Assembly: GCA_030704615.1 (NCBI GenBank)
Contig: CM060733.1
Span: 75,020,001 to 75,084,000, forward strand
Origin: Takakia lepidozioides
Lineage: Eukaryota; Plantae; Bryophyta
Reading direction: 5' to 3'
DNA: 64,000 nucleotides
Positions within the stretch are counted from its first letter, which is position 1, and each line of letters begins with the position of its first letter. The notes below the pieces were generated by a model, which saw only the letters and a list, made by a program, of their open reading frames with translations, was not told the origin of the DNA and did no database searches. Shown here one piece after another: positions 63,220 through 64,000 of this stretch. Made by a program: the position numbers and the translations under genes.

Positions 63220-64000
63220 TGTTTTAAGTCCTTTATCTATAAAGTTCACTAGGGCTTCGCGTTACTCCGCACTACTAGCGACGAATTTTGAGAACTACCC
63301 TTCAATTTTCACAGAAAGGAGTGGGTCATCACATGGTGTTACATACATAGATCCCATGCTTCGTTGTTTTTCGAAAGAAGAACGGTGGAGTGTTGCCGAA
63401 GCTATTATATTATTTTTATTTTTCAAAGAAAAGAGGGCCGAAATCCTCTTGGCCCCTCATCTTCGGCATCCCCAAAGTTTGACAAGTCTGATATCAATTG
63501 AAAGCACATAAAGTTTGCCACTAAGATTAAGCTAGGTAGACACCTAAGAATTCAAAAAAAAAAAACAAGGAAAAACAGGAAGCTATTTCTCACAAATCAG
63601 GCCCCTTCATTATAGTGAGGAGAAAATAATCTCTTTAATAAAGTTTAAAGGTAAATTTTCCTTGATGTCCAATGAATTACAGAGCTTACTGCTCAACACA
63701 GCCTAACGAGGGGCCAATGGATGGTTTGAAGGCACATGTTGAAAAATTGAACCCATGATCACTACCCGAGCACAAGGCTCATGGGCCAGGAAAAAACACT
63801 TGTAGGTATGCTACCTGCCAAGCAGTTCCTAGCCAAAGCCATTTTATATTGCACCACTGGTTGAGGGGATCCCTTCTCAAGCTCATACCACGTTGCAAGT
63901 TGACAGGCTGACTGGACATTATCTTCCTTGTGAAGGCAGTGGAAGGAGATGCACCCATTAGTCAAATGTAGTTTGATCACCTATAGCAGATGGTGTTATG

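Overview
Eukaryotic, repeat-dominated DNA with GT-AG introns, PLS-class PPR and B3 genes. It is almost certainly an early-diverging land plant (moss/fern/lycophyte-like); the species cannot be determined here. Host genes are limited to a decayed PLS-E PPR locus (~9.4-11.7 kb) and a B3/REM-like gene (19.5-22.5 kb). The rest is nested mobile DNA. (1) Two deleted or decayed copies of a Mutator-like DNA transposon family (<1-7969 and 12148-~18390). Between them they hold a GCM-like/DDE transposase, a ParB/Srx-like gene, a spliced beta-class N4C/N6A methyltransferase-like gene, and tandem arrays of GGCGCC-centred palindromes. (2) Several L1-like LINE fragments. (3) A complete chromodomain Ty3/gypsy element (29804-36753, TSD ATCAT). 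(4) A gypsy gag remnant. (5) A young Ty3/gypsy element (44595-55966, minus strand) whose polyprotein carries a motif-complete C5 cytosine methyltransferase between protease and RT, and a PHD finger after integrase. It has an LTR-complementary (self-priming-like) PBS, and it is inserted in a circularly permuted, 2-LTR-circle-like form flanked by a 160-bp duplication. (6) tRNA-derived SINEs. The two best candidates for new biology are the DNMT-PHD gypsy element and the ParB/MTase/palindrome-array Mutator-like family. All calls come from reading motifs by eye; no searches were run, and boundaries of decayed features are approximate.
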